Shown piece after piece: positions 49,358 to 63,200 of a stretch of 64,000 bases of DNA. The stretch is taken from the NCBI RefSeq assembly GCF_000143415.4, contig NW_003314291.1, forward strand, positions 1,834,121 through 1,898,120, read 5' to 3'. Origin of the DNA: Selaginella moellendorffii (Eukaryota; Plantae; Lycopodiophyta). Each line of letters starts with the position of its first letter. Position 1 is the first letter of the stretch. A model generated the notes under the pieces. That model was not told the origin of the DNA. It saw only the letters and a list, made by a program, of their open reading frames with translations, and made no database searches. A program made the position numbers and the translations under genes.

Positions 49358-52300
49358 CAGGCTATATATGGAGGTCATGAGGGCCCACACAGGGCAGCTG
49401 ACCTGGTTATTTATGTAGGAGATGTCTTCCCATGAAACAGTACTTGTGTATATTCACATCAGGCAGTAGAAGCTGGACCTGGTAGAAGAAACTGGAAACA
49501 TGTTTGGCAGTAGAGCACATATGTGTAAGGTGAATTGGGCAGCATAGTTCTTGACATGGTGGAACTTGTTTCTTCGTATGGCCAGGACTGAGTGTTTCTT
49601 TGGGCCTGGCTGATATCTTGTTTCCAGAACTCTGTGTAGGCAGGGAAGCCTTGAGTGTAGTGTTGACTAAGGTGGTTGAGTGAACTGGGTTCACTTCTTT
49701 GCAGTAGTGGTAGTACTTTGTCAAGTGCTCCCTTTCCTTGAAACATTCTTATTACTGTTCTTCATCAAGGGGTGCTCCAGGCAGTCTTCATACTCCTTTC
49801 TCTAGAAGTGATGGAGTTTGGTCCTTCTTGGTTGTTCTTGCTTTTAGCTTGCAGGTTTTGTTCCATGTTAGGAGTGGCTTGATTGTTATAGTGTTCTTGG
49901 GTCAACGCTTGATCATGTCTTTCACAACTATGCACTCCTCCCAAATTGGCATCTTGTGATGCTTGGAGCTTGGCAAATGGAGTTCTTAAGCACATCTTGG
50001 CATAAATTGGAATGCGGCAGTTATTAAGTCTGAATAGCAAGACTGTCAAGAACTTTATACATAAACACAGCCAAAGAATTCAGAGTAGTCCTTGGTTGTG
50101 CAGTAAGTAAAGCAAAGGCGAGGCTGTTCAAAGGCCATAAAGGTTTATTAAATGGAACAAAATTTTAATCTGTTTGTAGCCCCTAAGAAGTGTGCAAGTC
50201 TGCTCCTCTGAAAAAGGAACTGTTCAAAGTTGTTCAGTACATATGCGAACTGTACCTTTCTTGCAACTATTGCTACAGCATCATTTTATCTAACCCCGCA
50301 ATGTAAGTTCAGTGAGCTTATCCATGGTGCCTTTCCATAAAGAAAGAGGGCTACCTCATATTCCACCACAGTTCCAGCCGTCGAACCTTATCCCAGCCTT
50401 ATTACTTTTCAGGAATTGTAAATGCATGTCATATCTTGGTTTGGAGCTATCCTGCATCTTGCTCGTCGTATTGAATTTTTTGTAGTACCCATCTGCGGTT
50501 TGTAATACAATTTCACTCCTTATGATCAAATGAATTTTACATAAACCAAGGGTCGTTTTGGTGTTTCTGTGAATGCAGAGGCTTGCATAGTCAAAGATTC
50601 CAGATCACAATAATTTTCTTTGTGGCATCTATAGCTGGAACAATACAGAGACATGGAGAATTTCCAGAAGAGGAGAATCTCCAGACTTTGGAAAACGCCT
50701 CGAAAAATTCTATAAACCGCCCAAGAGCTTCGATCTTGTCGCCCCCACTGCCAGTTTGTGTATTTTCTAGAAAAAATCCAAGGCAATAAAAGTAGAGGCA
50801 AAGAAGATTCATAGCGAGGTAACAGGAATGGAGACGGTGGTTGCTGTGATGATAGTAGACAAGGAGCAGAAACAGAGCACAGTAGTATTGCGTAAGGAAA
50901 CTTGCCTTTCAAATTTACCCATTTGCAAGTGGGAGAATCTATCTTTGCTTTAGAATACTTGCTCTAAGTATCCTGGAAGCACGGAGCTTCTGATCAGATT
51001 TTTTTATCGTCATGAAAGCTTTTGTGGTCAATCTCACAATTGGTGAATACGTTTCAATGTAATCCAAACCTGGAATCTGGCTGTCAGCACCTAGCGAAAC
51101 CAGATATACAACTTGATTGTGTCATCTGATCTTCGGGCTTGGGTCTTTCTCGTGGTTCATCTTAGACAGCATCACCACCACCTTTTGCAACATATCATAG
51201 AAAGGGACGGATACTCTACAACGCCCCTTGCTCCATCATTGTCGACCACCACTGCTGCCACACTCACTCGCAGCTGAGGACACCTTTCGTGGCTCCTCAC
51301 ACCCATTGACATAGCTTTTAAACCGGCCGGTTTGATCTGGGGCTATGTTCTTTGCTGGAAGAGTCAAGGCGCCTATTATAAGCATGCCGCAAAGATTATG
51401 AACAGATATTTGCATTAAAAAAGCATTGAAAGAAAAGAGATACAAATAGAGAGGTATCAAAGATGGCATTGTATCATCTGCTTCAAGGTGACACTAAATT
51501 GCGCTAAATTTATGAAAAAGAGCCACAACTAGATTTGATAGTCTTCTCAGTCATTCACTCTTTATTCGCTCTTCAGCAAGAATGCAGGCCATGGTCTAGC
51601 CTTGTATCTTTCATAAGCCGTTTCTTTCTTATTTTTAAAACTAATCTTACAGCAATTCTGATGGATTTTCTAGCAGAACATCTTGGTCATATAGAGTTCC
51701 AGCCAAGATCCTTCCTCTGAAGTTTCTCTTAGCCGCTGAAAGTTAAAATTCTAGGCTAACAGTCTACGTTAAGGTTGGCAAGAGCATAAAAAAATCCAGG
51801 GAATGAGAGTCAGCTCCACCAAGGTAACACCTAGTCATTGGGAATTTTCCTTCCATGTTTTTCTTCAAGGTATTCCAGTGGTGCTTTTTGTTATGTGTTC
51901 TCTATTCTCGACTGGTGGTCACGATGACAAACCGGCCACTGTAAACCCAGAATCTTCTGCAAGGAAGGAAGGATGCCTGTAGCTCAAGAAGGGCCGGGAA
52001 TTGTTAAAGCCTTCAAAGTATGTTAATCTCACATGACTTTGTCGACTGGGTGGATCACTCTCCCATGGCCTCCACCTCAAAAAGCTGCAGTTGCCCAACC
52101 CGAAACTCCTACATGACTATGGGAGGGACTCGCAGGTAAGAAAATATGCATTAGCAACGGATTCATTCTATTTTGAGCCATAAAGCAAAGCACGATTGGT
52201 GCCTAAATACTTCTGGTAAGAGCCAGTGGTCATGCAAGCTCATCCACAAGCGACTGGTAAGCTGCAGCACTGACCCTCAAATACCACAAGTTGAAAAAAA

Positions 52301-54599
52301 AAAAAAGAAGAAATTGAAAAAGCTAAAAGAAAAGTGAAATCTAGACAATGCAAAAGCTAAATCAAAATCAAAATCTTAAATCCAAACTCTTTTTAGGGAC
52401 AATTAATGCTACCCCTCATCTCCACCAATGTGAGTGCATGGAATATAGAAATGGAATATAGAAATGTACACATCAATTAGCCAAAAACCCTAGCTTAATA
52501 TAGGAGTGGATTGAAACCAATCTGATGGCTATCAAAATCCCACTACACTAATATTAGTATACAACATTGTAGCTGTACACTTGGACCTCACACCTTCAAT
52601 TATTTGTTTTAAAGTGAGTCACAGATCACTAAATTGGAATGAACCCAAAAAGAGTGTAGGACAAGGCTAATCCCACACAACAAAAAATCAAAGTCATATA
52701 CCTTCACACATCTTCAGATGGATGAAGTCTATAAACTCTGGATAAGTGGACTTTTTCGCTGCAGGAGAGGCTAAATTGACTGCCATTACAAACTGGTATC
52801 ATGTTAATGAACCTTGTCTTGAGGCTAATAGTTACCAGTGAGATCCTGGACCGAGCAAGATAGGCCTTCACAAACAAAACCACCTTGGATACTTTATATT
52901 CTAAGGGGACTCTATTTGCAACTGCTCAGCATCATCTGTTCAGAATTGGATGAAAAATGGCGGCGCACATATGCTAAAACAGAATTTGAAAGGAAACCTG
53001 GCCCATGGCAGCCATAATTAGACTGTCCCGGCAAGTAGGGGAATCCCTCCTCCACAATGTTGAAATTCATCTGCGCACTGCAACGTTTCCCCGTAAAGAA
53101 GGGACTCAACATGCTTCTTTCTAGAGTTAACCACCTGAAATAACGAAATGAATGCCATAAAACGGCAGTCCCACCAAACCTTTCTTTGAAGCTTTTCTCC
53201 CTGTGGTCTTGGAGGAAGTGTTTATATATATGTATTACTTTCAGTACATGAACCCGCATGGAGAATAGTCCATCCGAATGTTACCACCTAAGAAAAAAGT
53301 GAGTTAGTGTGGGTGAAATTCGGAAATTAATTCAGCCAAAACCTGTGTCAAGCTCCACCTTGAGGCAGTGTATTGTGCTCTACAGCAGTGTCTCTTAATA
53401 TATCCAGGCATGCCATTACGTGCAATATTAACCATGGATTTGGAATGATGACCAATCTTATCTTCTGGATTGCACAAGTCCCACAAATGAAGTCTTAATA
53501 GACCTGACAGCTTCTTGAAACCTGTGTGCCTTCTTCATTCTGCCTCAGAGCAAGTGTTCTATGAGGAATATTGGCTTTTCTCATGTAGGAAAGAAATTAC
53601 TTACTATCGAAGACTTCTCGCACGCCTTGACTCACATTTCACAGTCAGAGATGCAATATTCTCCCTATGGTGCTGCAAAGACTTTATGCACGTATTCTCT
53701 TCCTGGTATAGGTAGAATAGCAGCCTCTGTCGTATCCTGCAAATCAAGCATAATTAGCTTTTGCATACAGAGAAGATATAAGTGTGCATGTAAATAATGT
53801 TTAAAAAGTAAGAAAAATGTAATATAACTATGAAGTTTTGGTCGGTGAAACGTAAATCCCTTTAAAACTTTAACCTAGTCAAGTTCCCAATCTCCTGCCG
53901 TTGTTTTCATTTAACGTAAACATTTGGATGACTAACCTTATATAATCCTATCCTAGTGCTCGTGTTCCAAATTTACAATATCTCCAATGGCGTTGCATAT
54001 TTTCAAGCCCCTCCACATTTAATCTGGCTGTTATCGAGCCAATAATTGACTGATTTGGTTTCTTTCAAGATGTACCGTTTCAAAAAAATTCTCAACCTCT
54101 GAATGTGATTATCACGCAGTCGAAGGACGTCCCAATTATGAAGCCCATGGATTCCCCCAAGTTTTTTTGAACCAGGGAAAGTGAGACAAGGTTTGAAAGA
54201 AAGACATGCAGCAAATTCGAGGGAGGTTATGCATAAACATTTCGACACTTTCGATAGTCCCTGGACCAAATACCAATTGTTCCGAATCAAAAAGAGCGGC
54301 TAAGTTTACACCTTGGCAACTCGTCTGGAGAAACCATTCGCAGAATCTGCTTTAAGTCTCCCCGGTCCACAAGCAATAGTTTCACAGCAGCAAACCTAAT
54401 TTACCCTGTAAATGGAAGTCCTCTCCTAATGGGTGAGCTTTGTTGAGAGGCAAAGCTTCAAATCAAAGATACAGAGAGTTCCCGCATGTAGAACTGACTA
54501 TAGTGCACCGATCGAGGGATAAATTTGTGAGCGAATAATCTACAGACAGAGCAAGAACGTAAACTGCTGAGAAAATTAGGGTAAGTGGAACAAGCCATG

Positions 54600-56519
54600 G
54601 TACAGCAATGGCGCAGGCAGAGAAAACTTGACGTCCCAGAAAAAGAATGTCCCTCATCATGGAGCTCCGCAGAACGGGTAAACAATTTAATGCGCACGAT
54701 TTAGGAGACACGTGGTTTACAGTGTTTGTAGAGAGCTGAGGAAGCTTTTTGCATCTTAGAATCGGCAATCCACATGGTAGAATGCGATCCACGAACATTT
54801 GGGCCTCGTTCTCTCCAGGTACGTCTGATAAAAGCTATATAAGTTCTGCACCCAGTCGGTTTTCCCTGAAAGGTATTACGGGACAAATTACTCAGCGCAT
54901 TCAGCAATGTGCGTCGATTTCATTCGCAGGTTTGTTTTCATGCCGTCGGAATAGCTTGGCTAACAATTGGCTGGTCATTGTTTGGAACGTGTTATCTTAC
55001 CTTAAGCAGTTATGTGAGTTGAAGCGAGCAAGTGAAAAAGGTCAGGTAAGTTAAGCTATACACAATATTTTCTTCTAAACATTAAGCTGTTTTTATTTCT
55101 GTAGGAAAAAGCTGGAACAGAGAGGAAAGATGCTGATAGTTATCAGGAGGTAATTTAATTATTCTGAAGTTTCTTGATGTAGTTGTTATGATGATGTTTT
55201 AGCTCTCAGAGAGCGAAAGACGGGAAGCAGAAACCGCAAGATCTTACATAGATCTAACTAGGTTATCATGCAATGGTTATTGTGTCAATCTCATCTTTTG
55301 AAGAGCAGAGACGAAAATCTGAAGTTGAAAGAAGATCTTCAAGCTCTGGCAATAGACAACACGGCTAAAGCTCTGGCTCTTGCCACAGCACAAGAAAGTT
55401 GTACTTGCGCTTTAGAACAAGTGAAAAAGCACAAGGAGGTAAGCTATATTAGAATAGTATGAGTATTTGATATTACATTACAGGTGATTGCCCGAACGAC
55501 GGCTGACAATATGCTATTTCTCATGAAGGTTGTTGTTTTTAATGTTGCATATGACAGACGTCATTCCTATTTATACAGCTCAAGCAATCTGAGGAAGATT
55601 TGCGAAGCACAAAAGCAAAACATGAAGACCTTCAGAAGCAGGTGTATTCTCTATGTTGCTTTTGTTTACCATTCCACTCGCAGTTTGATTTTTACAGGAG
55701 CACATGGTTAGAGGAAGCTTCTGCTGAGATTGAAGATGCTGTTAGGAACAGTTTGGACAAGGTTTAACTCAACTTATTTCCATGCATGCTAAGTGGCTCC
55801 AATGTGGACGTGTAGGCACAGGCCTGTGAAATTGAGCTCCAAAAATTGCACAGGCAGCAAGAGATTCGAATGCAAGAATGTGAGAACAAACTACAGGATT
55901 TGACAAACACTGTGAGCACTATCAGTGCTGCAAAACAACACCTCGAGGACAGGTTCAGCTGTTAAAGTGGATGTCTTCTGAAAGATTTCCTTTGCACACA
56001 GGGTCAAATTTTTTGAAGAGGAGAAAAGAATCTTTTCTAAGACATTAGAACAAGAATCATCTGAGAAACACCATATTCGAATCCAAAATCAAAGTCTTAC
56101 AAGCACCATTGACAGGTGCAACCAAGAGGTAAACAACAGGCTTTAAGCAGTTCAAAAGTCATCTGAATTCTCTCAGCTCGCGGTAATGACAGAAAAACAT
56201 CAAAATCTTTTAGAAGAACTGAAGGTTGGTTTTAGTCTCCTCATATAATAATTTCATCAAATCAACAGGTGGCTACAGCAGACTTGGAGGGAAGAAAGAA
56301 CAAGGAAAACGAGTTGTTCCAAGATTTGGAGTCAATTACTGATCAGCTTGAAACTCAACGAGTAATGAACTTGTCCCTCATGAAGAAGAAGGAGGAGGTA
56401 GAACTGTTCCTTATGTTACATCTTCTTAAAATGAACTTTAGGTAGAGTGGATGTGCTTGGAAGCTCAAGCTGAAAGAGAAAAGTTCAAGAATCAATTAAG
56501 AGGATTAGTAAAAAAGTAA
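54600..56519 (+). CDS. Multi-exon coiled-coil protein of unknown function (about 15 or more small exons; 5' end uncertain)
   Basis: Consecutive GT-AG introns of ~45-70 bp separate exons LCELKRASEKGQ / EKAGTERKDADSYQE / ...LKLKEDLQALAIDN... / LKQSEEDLRSTKAKHEDLQK / AQACEIELQKLHRQQEIRMQECENKLQDL / ...NLSLMKKKEE / VEWMCLEAQAEREKFKNQLRGLVKK*. Stop at 56517-56519. Confidence 0.75.
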
Positions 56520-56879
56520 GCTCATTGCGAGCTCTTACTCAGCAGCGACCAATCATATTCTAATTGAAGAAACGAAGGTTAAGTTTCACCTTGGCAAAAC
56601 AATACAAAGAAACTCAAACTCGCAACCATGCTCCACATGATACCATCGTGGAGAATCAGAAGTTGTAAGAATCTCATGAGAACTGAGTTTTGTCAACCAC
56701 ATGTTTTATCACCCTTTTACTAAACCAGCCATAGTCTATGCTCTCTCGCCTTTTGATGGGTGGCTTGGACTCTAACTCAAATCATCCTGGTGGCTATCAT
56801 TTTGTGGTCCTGGTCCAAGGATTCAGCTGTCCCAACACTCCCCCCACCCCCCCAGCCCTTTATGCCCAAGCTAGCATTT

Positions 56880-57226
56880 TCCTCAGGATAAAATTTTGAT
56901 TTGTCTAGTCGCTTGGTGAGAATGTCTGCTAATATGCCTTACATCGAAGGCGCAGTTATCTCCTTGCAATGTGATCCCGGATCATGTTCCTAAATGTGCC
57001 TAGTAGTCCCATGGGGAACTGGATTGTGAGCTAGCTGGACATAAGGTGTCCGAGTTGGCACTTGCTGTGTCTCTCCTTGGTCCTCAAGAGGCCTCCTAGG
57101 CCAAAGAGCTTTTGTAGTAGCAGCCACGGCCATATATTCTGTTTCACAAGTTAAAGTAGCCAACATTGGTTGTTTCTTGCTGCTCCAATTCATGACTCCT
57201 CTAAGCAATTTACAACACCAGTTCAA
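56880..57226 (-). mobile_element. Ty1/copia RNase H remnant
   Basis: NWSSKKQPMLATLTCETEYMAVA...AHNPVPHGTTRHI and ADILTK. Confidence 0.8.
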
Positions 57227-57389
57227 GATTTCCTGTCCTCCTTGTCACCCAAGTAATCAGCATAAGAAACCCAGTTATTTATTCCTAGAGTGGTTTATTA
57301 TCTTGTATCAAGGTTCTTTATTTCCCAAGGTTACTCCAGATGCCTTCCAGATTGGAATATCCATGTGAAACACTCTAAAAATGGTTTGA

Positions 57390-57850
57390 GTATTGTTGTT
57401 GTTTCAGTTGATGACTAGTAATTAAAAGAAATTAAAGTAGCATTAGATAAGGAATTCAACATGACCGATCTTGGCAACTTGAACTTTGTCTTGGTATGTA
57501 TGTCTCAGTTACACGTGATAGGCTCAAGCAAAAAAATTTCCTCTATCAACACAAGTTCATCTTAACACTTACTCCTGTACACTCCAACAGCAACACCAGC
57601 ATCAATGGCACTACATCAGCAACTAGGCTGTCACATGATGTCCAGTGCCAGGAGAGAGGAGAAATGATTGACGAGCCATTTCACAGTCTAGTTGGGATTA
57701 TCCACCATTGGCAGGCATGATATAGCAGCTAGCATGATATCCATGAGCCACTTTATGCAAACCCTGGCTTGGGGCACTGACATGCAGCTTTAAGGATCCT
57801 GAGCTACTTAGTAGAAACATCAACATGGGGGTTTTCTGATGCTGATTATT
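57390..57850 (+). mobile_element. Ty1/copia reverse transcriptase remnant, opposite orientation
   Basis: IKVALDKEFNMTDLGNLNFVL and FLYQHKF; frameshifted. Confidence 0.6.
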
Positions 57851-58200
57851 ACTAAGATTCTTGGAGATAAATATACTGCCTTTAACCCTCATATATACTT
57901 GAGCAAAGTGGTTACCATGCTACAGGCTATGAACTAGCACTAGCATCAATTGTGGCAATGGAGGCCTCCAGAGAGAGTCTTGGACGTGGAGCTAGATGCT
58001 GCTAGGAGATGACTACTACAGCCCCTCCTCTCAGGGGAGTAGGTTTTTGGTATGTTGGTGGGTGCAGTGCCCTAGTTTTTGTACTAGTCCCTAAGGGACA
58101 TTGGGAATGTACATATATGTTATATTAAAATATGAAATATACCATTTATAATTTGCTTGTGCACTGGTTTTGGACAATTCTCAAGTGGTACTTGGTTAAC

Positions 58201-58899
58201 TGTTATAATCCAGTGCAAAAAAACAAAGATCTAGTCTTCCTAGACTACACTACACCTCCTCTTGAGGTTCCTCACCACCCAACCACCCCCGAGCTACCTC
58301 AAAAGCTCCATTATGCTGCCACTCCACTATGAGCTCTAGGGTAGGATAAATCCCTTACATGCCTTAATATACCCTTAAGCCTCCCTTTGACCAATGTTGA
58401 CCATGTGGTCAAAGTTGGCACCTAACAATTCTTTGCCCCCCAACAAAGTCCTTGTCCTAAGGATGAGTTGTACTAGTGATTACCCTTTTTGGGGAACCTG
58501 CTCAAGTTCTTGGTCCATCTTTCATAGTCATATACATCAAAAAGGCATTGAGCCTATCACTCCGAGATAGTACACCTTTCAACTGGCTGACATGAAATAC
58601 TAGATGAATTTTCACCATAGCTGGTAGCCACATCTGATAAGCCGCTTTACCAGTGGGCTCCAGCACTTCATATGGACTAGCATATCAATGGGAAAGTTTG
58701 TCACTCCTCCCTATCTACAAAGGCACTAAGGTGTTCTGCCACTCACTTGACAGAAAGATCACTCATATGAAGATGAGATCACCCACTTTATATTCCTGGA
58801 ATTAGCGATGCTTATTAGCAAACTTCTTCATTTTATCTTGAATTGCCTGCAAATTTCATTTGCACACCACCAAAATCTCATCAAGTTCTATGGCCAAGT
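58201..58899 (-). mobile_element. Gypsy 3' end: short LTR (58201-58428), PPT and integrase C-terminus remnant
   Basis: TG...CA unit (tgttataa...cctaaca) with an adjacent rc PPT; reverse-complement similarity to 48690-49357. Confidence 0.72.
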
Positions 58900-60256
58900 T
58901 GTAAGCGACTAAATTTTCCATTCTACTTTAGTCACTTAACTATACCTCTGACCACTTGGAAGAGTTTCATTCACAACCTCCATAAGTCCTATTCCAGACT
59001 TGGGACTTGCTAGCCTTGAGAATGGCATCCATGCCACTCAACCTTTGCACTTGGTCCAAGTGCTCTATGTGTCCAATCCCATGACTAACACCTAAAGGTA
59101 CCACCGACATATCAACCCATTACATTAAGGCCATACCCATTCACCTTTGCTACACTAGTGGTCCAACACCACCTACATCACAGTCTTGTCTCTTAAAGAC
59201 TGGGCCATCTATCCATGAGTGATCATCCTATATCCACTCCTTAGCATCCTTAGGCTGCTCGCAGACATGGGGAATAGCCTTCCCCAATATCCCTTTTACA
59301 GTCCCCACTAAGTCCTTTTTCTGTCTATGGCCATGTTTGCCAACACTGTCACTAGATCAAGGCGCACAAGCCCGACCACTGAGTCCCACTGTCCTCTGGG
59401 ACTTCCTCACTATATTATCGTATCCATGGTCACTACACTAGAGGATTGCTCTTCTTCCTTTCCACAGCTTGGGACTTTAGGACAACATTTTGGAACACTA
59501 TGGCCCTACGCGAGCCTCATAAGTACTCTCCCCACCTTCCACCTTTGGGTGCTCTAGCCATGGGGCTAGAGCGAGGTTTCATTGAGCCACGCCAGGTATC
59601 CAAGTAGGTAGTGCCACCCATGCTTGGACTGGGAGCATTCACCATTCAATCTCATCAGGGAACTAGAGCTAGCTTTTGAACACTTCACCAAGCTACCCCA
59701 CTTGTCAATCCATATTCACTCTAGACTTGGACTCCTTAGTGGATATATCATCACCCATGGGCATAACCTTCCAAGGTCACACTGGCCTTTTTTGGCCAAA
59801 TTAACTCCACTAGGGTCCAACACCCACACTCTCCCTACTATACTTTTGGAACCCCCTACAACCCCACCCCCAGGGGAAGATCGCTTTGGGCTTTCACCCA
59901 ACAGTCTATATTAGTGTATTAGTATTCAAGCTCACACTCGCACTCGCACTCACACTCGGACTCAGACTTGGTCTCGGACTCAGACTTGGTCTCGGTCTCG
60001 GTCTCGGTCTCGGTCTCAGTCTCGGTCTCGGACTCGGTCTCAATCTTGGACTTAGACTTGGTCTTGGACTCGGTCTTGGTCTCGGTCTCGGTCTTCGGTT
60101 CCATCTTGGACTCCATCTTGGGTCCATCTCAGGTCCATCTTGGACTCCATCTCGGACTCCATCTCAGACTCTATCTCAGGTCCATCTCGAACTCCATCTC
60201 GGGTCCATCTCATATCCATCTTGGACTCCATCTCGGACTCCATCTCAGACTCTATC
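58900..60256 (-). repeat. LARD-family LTR (inverted), truncated within its tandem array by another LTR insertion
   Basis: Starts tgtaagcgactaaattttccattctac (rc of the end of LTR 4575-6409); colinear up to the GAGACC/GAGTCC array. Confidence 0.9.
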
Positions 60257-63200
60257 TGTAGCGCACGTGGTTTTGACCCTTTATCCTATGGTGATTTACC
60301 ATAGGATAACACCACGAAGCGGAACCTAAACCCTCTTTGTGCCACGTGACAGATGCCACGTGTCACATGCCACGTGTCCATGCCACGTGTCCACAGGAAC
60401 CCAAGGTTCAGGGCCTTGGGCCACTGAACGAAGGAACGGTGCCAAACTCCCAAGCATGGAGCCCAGGAGTGACGGAACCGAACCACGAAGCAACTCCCGA
60501 GCATAAAGCCCAAGGAGCGAAGGGACAGGAGCCCGGAGCGACTTGGAACAGTCCTGGAGCAACCAGCATCCCAATGCCAGGACCAGCACACAAAACGGAG
60601 CCAAACGGAGTCTGGCGCTATTTCGGTATACCGGTGGCCTAACGTGAGGATATGGGTACTCCACCAACTAGCATGGAATGGAACTTGGGCTTAGACCCAA
60701 GCCGGACGCAGAACAAGGACAGGCACGCAAGCGGGAGCTAGACTATGCCTCAGGTTGGTCAGCCATGCCCGACCTACCCACTATCCCTACTATACATTTG
60801 GAACCCCCCACAGCCCCCCCCCCTTGAGGAACACACGCTTTGGGCTTTCACCCCAAGCCTCCCTTAGTATTAGGAGTTAGTCTCTGGGACAAGCTCGAAA
60901 CTTACTAAATATGGAATGTCCTTAGATTGCGAATTTGTACATGGGACGAACACCATTGTGTTCAGGACGATCTCTACATTCCGTAGATATGCCAAATGAG
61001 CAAATCTGGACACTTTCCATAAATAGCATTTGGGACCGAAATGAGACTAACACAAAGGGCATGATAGCGAGGGTGTTTGGCAGACACGGTAAGCTATCAT
61101 CTTGCGATATTGAGGGACCAAGCTCAATATCACGGGGGTTCCCAACACTAGCAAGTGCAAGTCAACGAATGAGTTTCTCTAACCAGGTCAAGTATGCTTG
61201 ACTAAATAGACACTTAGGAATTCCTTCCTTATGCTCATCTGGTCAAGTGCACACGCGAAGACCAGTTTCTCAACTAGCTTAGGCGGAGACTGATAACGGG
61301 TCCAGCAATACCGACCTCCTGCCATCGTGGCAGTAAGGTAAGAGTGTCCGTAAGGACAGGTCGACAGGTAACTTTCGATACCCGAAGTCACATGCGCGAC
61401 ACTCTCCCCCCCTTGGGAAGATCGACGTCCTCGTCGATGCACACTCGAGTCTAGAATACCGCCAAGGAAACAACTCCAGAAAAAAGTTCACGGTACTCAC
61501 ACTATGTGAGAAATGCACCAACTTAAATGAGGTAGGGGTAACCTCTTTGTCTAACGCGGATGCGCTACCAGCTCAGACACCTTCCGGCCGTCGCCGACAA
61601 GGAAATGACCAACGGAGTCAGCCACCCCTGCTGCTCTGGGAGTCACCCAGCTTACAAAAGTGTGATATGCCCTGCCCGCAGGAACATAGAGAGAGAAGCC
61701 AGAGGCCCCTACCCTCCTAAGCAAAGAAACCAAACCCGTCGGTAAGGTTTAGATAGACTACTGTAAACAGGCAGTTAGAGTTGTTTACACGGTCACGCCC
61801 TTTCAACGGAATAAGGAACATCGACAGAGAGGCGGGTTATGTGACCAGTCGACAGTAGCTACCCCATGACTAGAGATTTCAACATGCACACGAAGTGCCG
61901 AAGCCAGTCTGCCTATACTGGCCCAAACTCAAAGATCAATATATAGGGACTATTCAAAGTCATAAACAATGATATCCTAGAGATTTAAGTATCAGTGAAT
62001 AAAGCTTAGATGAGAACACAAATGTATTCCAAATAAGTTATCATCCGATAAACTAGTATTATAGTATAGGAACCACCAAGATCACTATCATTGGAAAACA
62101 TAGGATTCACCATCCAACAAAATTCAATAGCAAGTAGATCATCAAGGAAACTCAATGATAAAACTTAACTACCGAAAATGGCAGATAGCATGCCAAACAA
62201 CTCACAAAACACAACTGAAAGAACATAAAGTATCATTGACTAACAAGCACAATGCTCGCGAATGTATCACCCGAAGGAAATAACATCCAAAGCTATCAAA
62301 ACTAACTCAAGCAATAATCAACAGAACAAAATGAATGTTGCAAAGCAAACAAATATAGTGTTCATGCCAATCATCGCACTAGCCAATCCAGATAGATCCC
62401 AGCCAATAACACCAAGGAACTCAAGTTGCCTAAGCAAGTGTCAGCAACATCCTACTGATGTCTCAAACCCAAGAGACCAATCCAGAGCAAACCACAAAGA
62501 ATATGTGGTATTGCGAAAAGCCATAAGCTATCAAAGAGAACAACTAACCATCATGAAAGATCATCAATCATTCCATCAATAAAGAGATGCATAATCATCG
62601 TCTAAGAAGGAATCCACCATCCCGAAGAACGGCAAACCATTCTATACCAACAATAATCAAGCAAAACTTTTTGACATGAATAATCAATTATCCTAGATGA
62701 TAGTCAATCATCACCAATGATTGCTACATGCAAATACTAACTTCAACATCGAAGCTAATGAGCCAAAATGCCTTCCCCAACAACTTCTAACAAATGGAAC
62801 GATGAGCATAAAACTCAAAGAACCAAAGCTCGAAGAAGCCTATAGCTAAGTCTTGCCTAATAATGATCACGAGTCTTTGCATGAACTAATTTCAATGCTA
62901 AAGAAGAAACCATGGTGCAACCCACAATGTCTTCTTCAACACATCCATAAGCCAAACTTCATAATGCCAAAGCTAATGAAGAGCATTTCTGCATCAATCC
63001 AAAAGCTAAGCATAACAAAGCTATGCTTAACAAGTGATCATCAAACGATCCTCCATGAATCCATCTATAGCAAGACGTAACTCACTTCATAACAAGCTCA
63101 AAAAGAATCATTAATGATTGCTATATTCCGAACTCAAATCCAGCAAGGACTCAACATTCTAATATCGATCACTAACTCTTCTTCTCGTAGAGTTAGCATA

